NCBI RefSeq assembly: GCF_030028105.1
Contig: NC_092372.1
Span: 69,878,034-69,942,033, forward strand
Reading direction: 5' to 3'
DNA length: 64,000 nucleotides
Origin: Mobula birostris
Taxonomy: Eukaryota
In this document: positions 1-12,129 of the stretch, piece by piece
Layout: every line of letters starts with the position of its first letter
Position numbering within the stretch: the stretch's first letter is position 1
Notes under the pieces: model-generated
Databases searched by the model: none
The model's input: only the letters and a program-made list of their open reading frames with translations
Told to the model about the DNA's origin: nothing
Position numbers and translations under genes: made by a program

Positions 1-1090
1 TAACATAACAGTGTGTTTCCTGCCACCTAACACAACATCGCTGATTCAACCACTCGACCAAAGTGTGATCTACATTCAAGGCGTATTTTTTTTACGGTGA
101 ACTATCTCTCAGGTGCAGCAAGCAACAGACGATTTTGAAAATTCCGGGAGTTTACCAACGGTGAGGGAATGGTGGAAGTCTTTCAACATCAGACATGCCA
201 TCAACAGCATTGATGAATCCTGGAAAGAGGTCAGGTCTTCCACTCTGAATGGAGCGTGGAAATCAATTTGGGCGGAGTGTGTGCACACCCTCAAGGGGTT
301 TCCTGCCTTCACTGCAGCTGTCCAGGGCTGTGTGGCCCTGGGCCATAAAGTTGGTGGGGAAGGATTCTCAGATCTCGAGACTGCTGACGTGGTAGGACTC
401 CTGGATTCTCATGATGAAAAATAAAGTGTGGATGACCTTCTGCGTGTAACTCAGACTGAAGGTGATAACAATGAAGAAGAAAGTGTCGAGTTGCAGGTGA
501 AGGATTTTATGGTGAAGCAACCGACAGAATTTTTTAAGGCTGTGGAACACTTGGCACAAATGGCGATGAACATGGACCCAAGTTTAGATCGGAGTCAACA
601 TTTCAGTCAACCCTGTCCCTGCCGTCAACCCTTCTTCCCTACAAGCAAATTTATGCTGAAAAACAAAATGCTGCCAAGCAAACAACCCTCACCACTTTCT
701 TCAAATCGGTGTCATCTCCTGCTGCCGGCAGTACTGAGAGTTCTGTGAGTCTTCCTTCACCCCTTGCTGTCCTTGATGATCCTGATGACCCACAACCATC
801 CACCTCATCCATGTAAAGCTGCCCAACACCACAACAATCACTCATCTCCCGGAGCGAACACACCTGCCACTGTTGGTGAGTACTGTTAACTTTCTATGAT
901 TTATTACATTGAATATTACCTTAAATTGATTAAATATAATACAAATGTTGTCTTGTAGTACTGCTTTTGTGTCGTATTGGTATAAAAATGTGAATAAGTT
1001 ACAGATAAAACATATTTAGGAAGCCCTCTGGACGCATCCCTATTTTCTCCATTTAAATAATTTTTCACATTATGCGACAACTTCGAGGAA
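1..1090 (+). mobile_element. Tigger/pogo-like DNA transposon relic (DDE_1 transposase C-terminal part, frameshifted)
   Basis: Translates to LPPNTTSLIQPLDQSVI... and TVREWWKSFNIRHAINSIDESWKEVRSSTLNGAWK, typical of Tigger transposases; broken by stops and frameshifts. Right boundary approximate. Confidence 0.75.
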
Positions 1091-1884
1091 CGTATCCCTC
1101 ACATATAACAAGGATAGGGTGTAAACCAATTGCTTGGAATCAAATGTCCTTGCCTAGTGTCTCAGGGCTGGGTGTGTCTGCACCCACACCAACCCCTACC
1201 CCTGGCACAACATCTCTACCACCTGCCCTACACCCTTCCCTCGCCATTCCCAACATCTTTTGCTCCTGCCAGATTTACGAACTCGCTCTCCACGCCACTT
1301 TGACAAATACAGTACTGTGTAAAAGTCTTTGGCACCCTAGCTATATCTATATGTGACTTTTGCACAGTACTGTATACACACTTACTTAAGCAATACACCA
1401 AATACAGGCAGTCTAAAATTCCACCAATTCTTATTGTTATCCACCCTATCAACAGCGCATTGAACAAACAACTACCACGTTTGGGTATATCTCCATTCTC
1501 ATATGCAAGTCACTGAGCTTTCTAGAACTGATTATAGAGCAGTACAGGTACTTCAATCAATTCATTTTAATATCATTAACATGCAGCGTGATGGAGATGC
1601 GAGTACTGGATAACTCACTTGTTAGCAATCTGGGGAGAATAAAACCCAGAAAAGCCTTAAAAGATCAAGGATCAGTGCTATGTCCAATACTTATACAGTG
1701 TAAATTATTTTAATGCATTAGGTGATACCCTGCTTCAATTCTCGGAGTATGGAGCTTTCGCATAGAGTCTAGGTGCTGGGCTCTAATTGCTAGGTTTGAA
1801 GATGATTGTAAAGCAATGCTGAAAAAGACAAATGTATCAAGGACTAATTTGTCACATGTTTCTTTTAATCCTCCTGAGATTTTA

Positions 1885-2155
1885 AGACATAGGAGCAGAA
1901 TTAGGCCATTCAGCCCATCAAGTCTGCCCTGCCATTCCATCATGGCTGATTGCAGATCCCACTCAACCACATACATCCACCTTCTCGCCATATCCTTTGA
2001 TGCCCTGACCAATCAGGAAATGACCAACTTTCGCCTTAAATATTTGCACGGACTTGGCCTCCACCGCAGTTTGTGGCAGATCATTCCACAGATTTACTAC
2101 TCTCTGGCTAAAAAAAATTCCTCCTTACCTCTGTTTAAATCAATTTTGAGGCTGA
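1885..2155 (-). mobile_element. CR1-type LINE 3' end fragment
   Basis: Shares the 'cataggagcagaattaggccattcagccc' tail with the CR1 copies at 30215, 48885 and 58630. Confidence 0.55.
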
Positions 2156-3254
2156 TTTTATGATATCTCCACTTCTATTAATGCTTTTTTTTGTCTCGCT
2201 TCTATCTGGATATTTGACTGTACCCCAATAATATTGCCAGTTAAAGTATTGGTGGTTTTGCATATGTATACATAAGAACTTTTTTTTGCTAAATAATCAA
2301 ACTATGCTTCAGAAACAAAACTTAAATAGAGTCTAATATATGTTTTAACAAATGTTTTAATATGTTTTGTGAACTAAGTGAGAATTCTCTTATTAAAATT
2401 GGTCATGTAATGGGAGAAACCTTTTATCGCTTAACTAAAATTATTTTATCTGAAGCCTCGCAGCTAGATTTGAGTTTCTGTTCATAACTATTTTGAAAAG
2501 TTCTATCTCTTTTTGACAAACAGAATAAAGTAGAAAAAGCATTTCAGGATGTATATTGTATACATTTCTCTGATATTAAATGTACCTTTGAAACCTTTGG
2601 AAGTAGCAAAGGATGAAAAAAATATTTTTTAAGTTTCAGTTTTGGTAGTAGGTATCACCAGAGAGGCCACTTATTAACCAGATATTGCTTCTCTCTTAAA
2701 CTGCTACAGGTTGTGGTGAAGATAATTCCAAAGGTGATGTTGTGTAAAGGGATTTGGAATACTGTACTGGCAATGAGGAACAGGGTGTTTTTTTGGATTG
2801 AGGGAGGGCTTAAGAATGGTAGTGATTATAAGGGGAACTTGGAGGCAATGGTGTCTCAGTGGGCCTACTGAAGCGACATCACATTGCACAGTGCTTCCTG
2901 TGGACCACATACACACATGCAACCGCTGTGTGAAGCTAATGAAAATGTAAAGGAAGAACCAGATAGAAAATGAAAAGGCAGAGAGAACATGCATGGCTGC
3001 ATGGAGAGTAAACAATGATAAAACAATGATAAAAACGCAAAAAAAAATTTAAAACTGTGAATTCATTACCTCTTCCAAAGCTACAAATGCATAAATTTTA
3101 TTTGGGGTTCTCAATTGAGACTTTTCTGTCCACTATCTAATAACAGTAACACAATGGTATTATTGCTCATATAACGTCAAAACAATATCTATTCCAAATT
3201 CCTCACAATGAATAAACAAGTGAATAATTATCGATCATTTTTGAGCCAACTTAC

Positions 3255-3411
3255 CATCTCTGTCAACAGAAGTCAGCACAACATAGTCAAGACCCCACTC
3301 TGCTATTGCATTTGCTGTGTTGATAGGCTCATCCGGATCTAAAGGTGGAGGCTTTCGACTGGTTTTCACGGAACAGAACCTGCAGCCTCTTGTGCAGGTA
3401 TCGCCCATTAA
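3255..3411 (-). CDS. LIAS: Lipoyl synthase exon 5 ([52 protein letters not shown])
   Basis: Radical-SAM CxxxCxxC motif; acceptor ttttag and donor gtaagt; 157 bp. Downstream exons lie left of the window. Confidence 0.95.
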
Positions 3412-3749
3412 CTAAAAGGGGAAAACGATGGACAAAATCTGTTAACTTGGAACTTTTATTTATCAATGTCAAGTGTACTCCTTCAATGCTTTGAAATGCA
3501 TCCCAAATAAAATATTAAAAGTATATTTAATAACAAATCCCTATGAACTGAGGTAGATAAATATCTAACTCAGGTAGCTAAATATGTTTAATGAATTCAC
3601 ATTATACTTCAAAAGATTTAAACTCCATATATAGCTCCAAATTAACACCAGAATACATCAATGTCACATTCACCTACTTTTCAATATGGCATCATCATTG
3701 AGAGATTAAACCTAAACTAGGCATAAAATTAAGCTCTGCTAAAGGTTCA

Positions 3750-4492
3750 AAGGATTTCTGGATCCCAGATTTCCTCACTTGTAGACCCCAGATTGGATTG
3801 GCAACATCTCCTCCAAGATCTCCATCAACACAGGTGCACTACAGGGCTGTATACCTAGCCCTCTGCTCTATTCTTTTTACACCTATGACTGTGTGGCTAA
3901 GCACAGCTCCAATGCCATATTCAAGTTTGCTGAAGAAACCACGGTCATTGGGCAAATCAACGGTGGTGATGATTCAGCATATAGGAGAGAGAATGAAAAT
4001 TTGGCTGAGTGGTGTAATAACAACCATCTCTCACTCAATGTCAGCAAGGTGAAGCAACCGATTGTAGACTTCAGGAAAGGGATACCAGAGGTCCATGAGC
4101 CAGTCCTCATCAGAGGATCAGAAGTGGGGGTGGTGAACAGTTTTAAATTCCTGGGCGTTACTATTTCAGAGGACCTGTCCTGGACCCAGCATGTAAATGC
4201 GATTGTGAAGGAAGCTCGGGAGCACCTCTACTTCCTTAGGAGTCTGTGGAGATTCAGCATGGCATCTAAAACTCTGACAAGCTTCTATATATGTGTAGTG
4301 GAGAGTATATTAACTGGCTGCATCATGGCCTGGTATGGAAACACCAATGCCTTTGAACAGAAAATCCTACAAAAGTTAGTGGATTCGGCCCAGTACATCA
4401 CAGGCAAAGCCCTCCCAACCATTGAGCACATCTACATGAAACACTGTCATAGAAAAGCAGCATCCATCATCAGAGATCCCCACCACCTAGGC
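3750..4492 (+). mobile_element. Rex1/Babar-type LINE reverse transcriptase C-terminal fragment
   Basis: ORF 3893-4612 has FKFLGVTISEDLSWTQH and LYFLRSL motifs; cut at 4492 by a hAT insertion. Confidence 0.8.
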
Positions 4493-7340
4493 CAGGGGCC
4501 GGCAACCTTTTTGCCTCTGTGGGCTGGATCGCGTATTAATGAGTGGACGGTGGGCCAGATAAATGCCATAAAAAACTTGAAATATGGGAATTATCCATTT
4601 AAATACATCTAAGACTCAGATCATCTATCAACCGTCACCAATTAAGACAAATCGGATAGAACCATCAATTCAGCTTGGCGAAACAACCCTGGAAAATGTG
4701 GACCACTTTCCGTATGTTGGAAGTCATCTCTCCTCCAATGTCCACCTTAATGATGAGATCCAACATTGACTTAAATGCGCTGGAACAGCTTTTGGACATC
4801 TCCGAACAAGAGTCTTTCATGATTGTGACATCCGAACAGACACCAAAATGTTAGTGTACAAAGCAGTGGTAATCCCAACGCTCCTGTATGCATCAGAAAC
4901 CTGGACAACATACCGACGACATCTGAAGGCACTTGAAAAGTTCCATCAACGCTGTCTTCGAAACAACTTAAATATCAGCTGGGAAGCTAGAAGAACCAAT
5001 GTCAGTGTGCTAAATGAAGCAAAAACAACAAGCGTTGAAGCCTACGTCATCAAGAACTGACTAAGATGGAGTGGTCATGTTCAGGTGAAAGACGAACGTC
5101 TGCCGAAACAAATCTCCTACTCCCAGCTTAAAGAAGACAAACATAAAAGAGGCAGACAACAGAAGAGACTCAAAGACGTCTTAAAAGCCAACATGAAGAA
5201 ATGTAACATTGACATCAACAATTGGGAAACCAATGGCAAGGGCAGGAAACTCTGGCAAGCCATCATCCGAGAAGGAACAGCAACTTTTGAAACTAAAAGA
5301 TGTGCAGAATTAAAAGAAAAGAGAAGAAAATGGAAAGAGAGGCAGCAACAACCAAAGCCTGATCTGCCATCTGGAACTATCTGTCCTGAATGCGGAAGAA
5401 CTTTCAGAGCCAAGATTGGACTCATAAGCCACTTGAGAGCCCATAAATAGATCAACGGAATGAAGACCATCATCCTCGACCTCGAGGGATAGCCACGAGT
5501 TATGTTTTGCCTCAAATTAATGAATAACACATGCTAGAAAATCATTTGTGCTTAACCAAGGATGCCAATTAGTAATCAAAGAACTCAGTTTAGTTGCAAT
5601 TTATTTCAATCAAGGCATCTTTTGAATCTATTAAAAGGACACAAAGAATCTTTAAATATAAAACATATGAACATGATGCATTGAATGGTGATAAATTAAG
5701 TAAAATAAAAAAGAAAATGTTAATGCAAACAGTCGATAAATCAATGTGAAACTTGATGCTGTTTGTTGCTTGAAAGCTTCTCAATATTGGCTGTCAGACT
5801 TGTTGATGCCAAGAGCAAGACATTATCCAGATGGGCATCAGTCAATCTTGTTCTCAGATGGTTCTTGGTGTGCTTCAGTTTTGAAAATAATTGCTCACAC
5901 AGATAAGTGCTGCCAAACAATGATGCCATCTTTTTTGCATGGTCCGTTAAGTTTAGGATACCTCCCACTTGGATGAATATATTTTCTATAGAAATCAAGC
6001 ACTGACACATCTTCAAAATTAAATTTCGATCTCAATATGTCATCACACTGCATCTCAATCAATTCCATTTGAAAAATTTCTGATGCAGTGTCCACTTCCA
6101 CATCAAATGGAGTAGCAAACAGCTTGAACTCATTTTCATGCAAGCGAAAATCAGCAAAACGAGATGAAAACTCTTCTCTCAATTCTTGGACCATATTCAC
6201 AAAAATGCCTGGATCTTGTGCTTTATTTTTTTGAAAAGTGGGAAAATCTGCACAATTTCCTTTTTGAAGCTGGTACTCCCACAATTGCAGCTTTCTTTCA
6301 AAGGCCACAATATCACCATACATCTTATGTATCAGCTGATTTTTTTTCCTTGAAGTTGTAAATTCAAGTTATTTAAATGAGATGTAATGTCCACAAGAAA
6401 TGCCAGTAAACATTCTTTGACGAATTCTCCATCTGTAAAAGGCTTCATCCTTTCTGCAATATGTTTTGAGACTTCATAGTTGGCACGGGTATTTCCTTCA
6501 TTTCCACTGCTTTTCTTGGCAAAAAATGATGTTTGTTTTCCGAAACTAGCCTTCATTCGCTCAACTTCATCTTTCCTTGCTTGCCCAGTAAACTTGTTAA
6601 AATTTCCACTATGGCAGGTCTTCTAATGTCGCCTGATATTTACCACCTTACTCACAGCAACATTTTCTAGGTAAATGAGACAAATTGTTTTCCCAGCTTG
6701 CTAGATGAAGAAGTAATCTAGTGTCCAAGTGTCTTGGAAATTTTGGCACTCAGAGTCTACCTTCCTGCGTTTTGCATTCATTGCCATTGGAATCTTTTTC
6801 TTCGATTTTATTTCGAAATGCGAGTTATTCAACAAGTTATCGTAGCACATGTAAATATCTGGATATTTAGCGTGGATTTCTTGTTAAAACACAGTGAAGC
6901 TGTTTCTGTTTACAAATTTGAACGATCCCATCCGAAAACCTGCGCGTGCACGGAGAGTATCTAATACATATTAATAAGGTAGTCTGCCTTCCCGTCATTC
7001 GAATGAATAGTAACTGGTCTTGAATCTGGTGGTGTGCAACCTGAGGCTCTTGAACTTTCCACCTGATGGCAGCATCGAGAAGAGAGCATGGCCTAGGTCA
7101 GGGGTAGGTAACCTACAGCCCGCGGGCCAGATCCGGCCCGCAAAGGTATTTTGACCAGCCTGCAAACAAATATTGGGATACTATGCTTATCCAGCCTACG
7201 AGCGATTTTTCCTAATTCTGAGTGTTTCACGTGACCACACTGATGGACATGCATGGCGTCTTGTTCACTGGCCCCAGATTCCGTTTTGTTCCAAACCAAA
7301 CACAGATCAGATTATATATTATTAAAGGGATGGCGCAACT
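4493..7340 (-). mobile_element. hAT (Charlie/SPIN/GTF2IRD2-like) DNA transposon, degenerate, with a nested RTE LINE and one inverted end
   Basis: TIR-like caggggccggcaacc at 4493 and caggggtaggtaacc at 7099; 8-bp TSD acctaggc; transposase fragments (FGSTYLCEQLFSKLK hAT dimerisation motif, LAFLVDITSHLNNLNLQLQG) at 5741-6780. Confidence 0.85.
4611..5497 (+). mobile_element. RTE/BovB-like LINE, 5'-truncated, nested in the hAT element
   Basis: LENVDHFPYVGSHLS, YKAVVIPTLLYASETW and a C-terminal C2H2 finger CPECGRTFRAKIGLISHLRAH. Confidence 0.85.
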
Positions 7341-7894
7341 AGAAAAGGTGGAAAGACAAAAAAATTTTTAACATAAAAATTAAGAACTTTTAACAAGCAG
7401 GAGCCTTGTAGAGAAGCTTCAAATTAAAGGCCAGTGATTAGAAAAAAAATGCTGAAGTTAACACACAAGTCTGCTGGAAACATATAAAAATAAGAAAAAT
7501 AGAGGGAGACATAAAAGGCATTAATCCGCAATTTCTCTAGAAAGCGTTTTTTCACTATTCCTTTGTTAGCTGTGTAAATCATGTTTATACCCCCATCTGA
7601 AGGTAAAGTGATGGAGCAAAAGACTCCCAACTAAGCAAGTCCAGGAATTGCCTAGGTTGTCTGTGTCAGCATCCACTACTCTGATCTTCCACAACTACCA
7701 GCAGTCAGAGCCACAATGTTGACAACAATCTTTTAAGGGAACAGGCATATATGACAGACCACACTCTTCCAGCTACGGGGGAGTGTTTCTGCTTAAATAA
7801 TTACTGCTGCAATGATGCCTAAGGAAATGTGAAGCCATTTACAGGAAATGTTCACAGTGGAATAGGGATCTGAACAAAGAAATGATGCTCTTCT

Positions 7895-8440
7895 CAAAAA
7901 TTCACGAAGCAGAATTGAGCACAAACAAGGTGTCTTGATAGATAACATGATTGTCCATGACCACCTCTTCTGCCTCAATGAGACCACTCTCAAGTTGGAA
8001 GAGCATCATCTCATATTCCACCTGAATAGCCTCCGATCTGATGGCATGAAGATAAATTTCTCCAACTTCTGGTAATTTTCCCCTCTCTCTTCTTCTATTC
8101 TTCACTCTGGTCTCTTACCTATTTTCCTCACCTGTCTTCTCCTCCCCTTGGTGCCCCTCCTCCTTCCCTTTCTCCCATGGTCCACTCTCTCCTCCTATCA
8201 GATTCCTCCTTCTCCAGACCTTTATCTTTTCCACCCCTCACCTCCAAGCTTCTTACTTCATCCCCTCCCCACCCAGCTTCACCTTCTACCTTGTCTCCCT
8301 TCCCCCCTCCCTTCTTATTCTGGCATCTTCCCCCTTCCTTTCCAGTCCTGATGAAGGGTCTCAGCCCAAAACATCAACTATTTATTCATTTCCATAAATG
8401 CTGCCTGATCTGCTGAGTTCCTCCAGCATTTTGTGTGTTC
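7895..8440 (+). mobile_element. Old Penelope-like element 3' fragment
   Basis: Degenerate version of the ...LEEQHLIFRLGSLQPDGMNIDF tail plus the 'cagtcctgatgaagggtctc' terminus seen in younger copies. Confidence 0.6.
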
Positions 8441-8550
8441 TCTTGATGGAGGTTCATATGGTTCTAATGTCACTGGAAAAGGGAAGGAGAAACAATAATT
8501 CAGCCTTATTTTGAAATCAATTTTTTTTTAAATAGGTTACTGCATCTCAC

Positions 8551-8628
8551 CATTATAGTGGCTGTAGCTGTGCCTTTTTCTCCTCCCCAGCATTCTCCAA
8601 TATTTGGACACCTTGCCTCTTCACATAC
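8551..8628 (-). CDS. LIAS: Lipoyl synthase exon 4 ([26 protein letters not shown])
   Basis: CX4CX5C auxiliary Fe-S cluster motif; acceptor tttcag and donor gtgaga; 78 bp. Confidence 0.95.
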
Positions 8629-9894
8629 CTGAAAGCAGGAAGCTGATTTAAAACGAGTACAGTGTGTAAGGATCACACACCAAGGACCTATGGACTCACT
8701 CAAATTGCTTACGTTTGTATCAAAAGCTGCAATGACTTTCAAACTGAATACCAGTGAGACCAGCTCAACCATTAGTTAGGAGTAGTCAGTGATAATTCAC
8801 TTGAAACTGTCATTACAATAAAAGTCAGCTGAAAGTAAAAGTCCAGGTAAAGATATTTATACTATTCAGAAGATAATCAAAAGAGTTACAATTATGGAGC
8901 AAACAAAATTATGCTGGTTATAAAATTTGCCAAAACAAGGCCTTCTCACAGGATGACTGGCGCAGATCTTTAAGTTTTTACTGGACCCCTCATATTTGGT
9001 GCAGCTATAGCGGATTTTCTGGAGTGGAGAACACTGTTTTTATCATTATTGTGACTGCACTGCATGCTAATTGAAAATACAGAAGGATTTGGGAAACAAT
9101 GTTTGACTTCAAGTATCTTTGAGAATGAGTGCCCATTGATAAAACACCTTGGTCTAATCATTTCCTTGCATCCATTATTTGTTTGTTCCAAGTTGTTTCT
9201 CCAAGATAATTTATGCTGGTGTCTAGTACTCAATTTTCTAAGCCAATAATTTTGAATGAATGGATGAGTTACAAGAGTAATTACATTTCAAGAAATACAT
9301 CACTATGTACAAAATAGTTTAGGACATCTCAAATCAGTAAAAGGCACCATATAAATGGAAGCTTTTCTTCAACTTAAAGTTGCTTAGAAACAAACAGATT
9401 TAAGGATCAACGGATTGTGCCAAAAAGAGTGATGAAGCACAGAACACATCTACATTAGAAAACAGGTGTTACCCCAATAAGTTAGAGATAACGGGGACAA
9501 TTCTTCAAATTATCTCATCCCCACAAATTCCATCCGAACCTCCAGAATGTATTATTAGCACATCTTTGTACATTTCCCAATTTGTTAATTTCATACAGGG
9601 TACAGAAAACAAGAGTTGCCAGAAACATTTCAAAACTTATTGTACACTAACAGCTTCCAGCAGTAGAGGTAATGCAAGCAATCTGAAGTCAATGGTTTAC
9701 AGTAAAAGTACTTGGACTGCAAGAAGGAAAAAATTAGTAGTTATGGCTCCAACAGATAAATTGCTAGTTCCTTACAATTAAGATATGGAAATTAATTACA
9801 GAAATGCAAACTACTTATATAATGCACTCATTAACTACGTATGTTCCTTTAACTTAATTATGGTTAGTGCTCAATGAAATGAAATCACAGGAAG

Positions 9895-10437
9895 TACAAT
9901 GAGTGGCCATGTTATCAGGTACACTTATACATTAATGCAAATATCTAAACAGCCAATCATGTGGCAACAACTCAATGCATAAAAATATTCAGACATGGTC
10001 AAGAGTTCAGTAGTTGTTCAGACAAAACATCAGAATGGGGAAGAAGTATGATCTAAGTGACTTTGACCGTGGAATGATGGTTGGTGGCAAATGGGGTTTG
10101 AGTATTTTGAGTATCTCAGAAACCGCTGACTTCCTGGCATTTTCACACACAAGAGGCTCTGGAGTTTACAGAGAATGATGGAAAAAACAAAAAAAAATAT
10201 CCAGTGAGTGGCAGTTCTGTGGGCAAAAAGGCCTTTTTAATGGGAGATAGCAGATGAGATTGGCCAGGTTGGTTCAAACTGACAGGAAGGCAACAGTAAC
10301 TCAAATAACCATGCATTACAACAGTGGTGTGCAGAAGAGCACGTATGAATGCACAACATATCAAACCCTGAAATGGATAGGCTACAGCAGCAGCAGATCA
10401 CAAATATACACTCTGGCTACTTTGTTAAATAAAGTAC
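9895..10437 (+). mobile_element. Tc1-like non-autonomous element (paired-like HTH remnants)
   Basis: MGKKYDLSDFDRGMMVG and ARLVQTDRKATVTQITMHYN; TA-CA-type terminus at about 9895. Confidence 0.65.
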
Positions 10438-10653
10438 AGAATCATACGATATGAATAGCTGTAGAAAATGGACAACAGTGCAATGTAGTACTCAGGGAAG
10501 GAGTGTACAATTGGCACATCAGAAAGGGAAGGTTCAACTATTTTGGGCAATGTGTTTTTAAGCTTGGTTTTGGGGAAAACTGGTTTGGACTAATGGAACA
10601 ATCAGTTTACTGCCACTTCTCAGGACAAAGCTCTTGTGTAATGTGAAGCCTCA

Positions 10654-10794
<141 letters not shown>

Positions 10795-10999
10795 TCAGTA
10801 GTATTTTAGAAAGTAAGCTATGTGATGTCTTGCAAATGTGAACAGGCTCACAAGTAGCTTGCCAAACACTGAACTAAGAGCTCTGTTCAGAGGTCTTCAA
10901 AGAAGGATGAAAGTATTAAGGAAAAGCCACCACGCATCACTGGGACACACTGCAGTATCAATGAAAGGTAATGCATCAACTGATATTCACAAGTAACTT

Positions 11000-11600
11000 G
11001 CTTTCTCTTCCACCTTCTCTTGGTCACACAAACCTCCCTTCCACTTGATGCCAACAAATGCCTGAAAGCACTGGATACAGTGAAGGCTCCAGAAACAAAT
11101 CAACATACCAAAAGCTTGTGCTTCAAAACTAATTGTGCTTTTATCCAAGCTGGTTTACTATAGCTACAATATTGACATCTACCTGACAACGTAGAAAACT
11201 GCCCAGGTATGTCCTGCTCATGGCAAGTAGGACAAACCAATTCAGATGATTACTGCCCAATCAGATTTCTATCAATCATCAGGAAAGTAATGGAAGATGG
11301 CTTCAACAGTGCCAATAAGTATACTTATATCCCAATAACCGGTTTGCTTGGAAAATCTGACACTGCAGTACTAATCATAGCCTTGGACCAATCATAAATA
11401 GAGCTCCAGAAAGGAAGCAAGGCATCCTTGATGTCAGGGGACTATTTGGCCAAACACTGCATCATGAAGGCCTGTATGAAGGGGAAAACACTCCAGTGGC
11501 TGGAGACATACCCAATATAATGAAGATGATTGTGCTTATTGGAAATCAATCATCCTGGCTACATGACATTGCTGCAGGAGTTCCCTAACAAGTATCTTAA
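11000..11600 (+). mobile_element. Old L2/CR1-group LINE RT fragment
   Basis: Degenerate DYCPIRFLSIIRKVME and AGVP motifs. Confidence 0.5.
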
Positions 11601-11635
11601 CACCATTTTCAAAAAAAGAATGCTTAGACTTGTAC

Positions 11636-11808
11636 CTTTCTCCTTTTTGGCGCTTCAGGTTGCCTTTATACTCTTCCCATGTTCCCTTATCTGATAATTC
11701 GCCAGATATAAACTCCCGCAGGTCAGGACCCTCTTCCAAAAGTTGTTTCTTTTTGTCTGGCAGTGTACTGAAAGACTTTAGCTGATTGCAGAGGACACGA
11801 ACATAAAC
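11636..11808 (-). CDS. LIAS: Lipoyl synthase exon 2 ([58 protein letters not shown])
   Basis: Conserved [24 protein letters not shown]; acceptor ttttag and donor gtacaa; 173 bp. Confidence 0.93.
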
Positions 11809-12129
11809 CTAAAATATTTTGCACAACATCAGTCCAAACTCCACATAGATAAATGTTTTGAAACCAAGTGTATAAAAGATAGTTCAAAAATTACAATTTC
11901 TAACATACACTATTGGCTCACACATTAATATAGACAAACTACTCCCACTATCCACAGAAAATGGAATGACACCCAACAAACGAAAAAGAAACGTATATAA
12001 TCCATTCTATTATGGGCTCGACCAGATCCATCATGTGGAAGATGTAAGACTGAACAGACACTCTGGTGTTAGCACAGAAAGTAAGGTATCAAACTTATTC
12101 TACTTAGAGCAAAAGCTTTAAAAATTACA

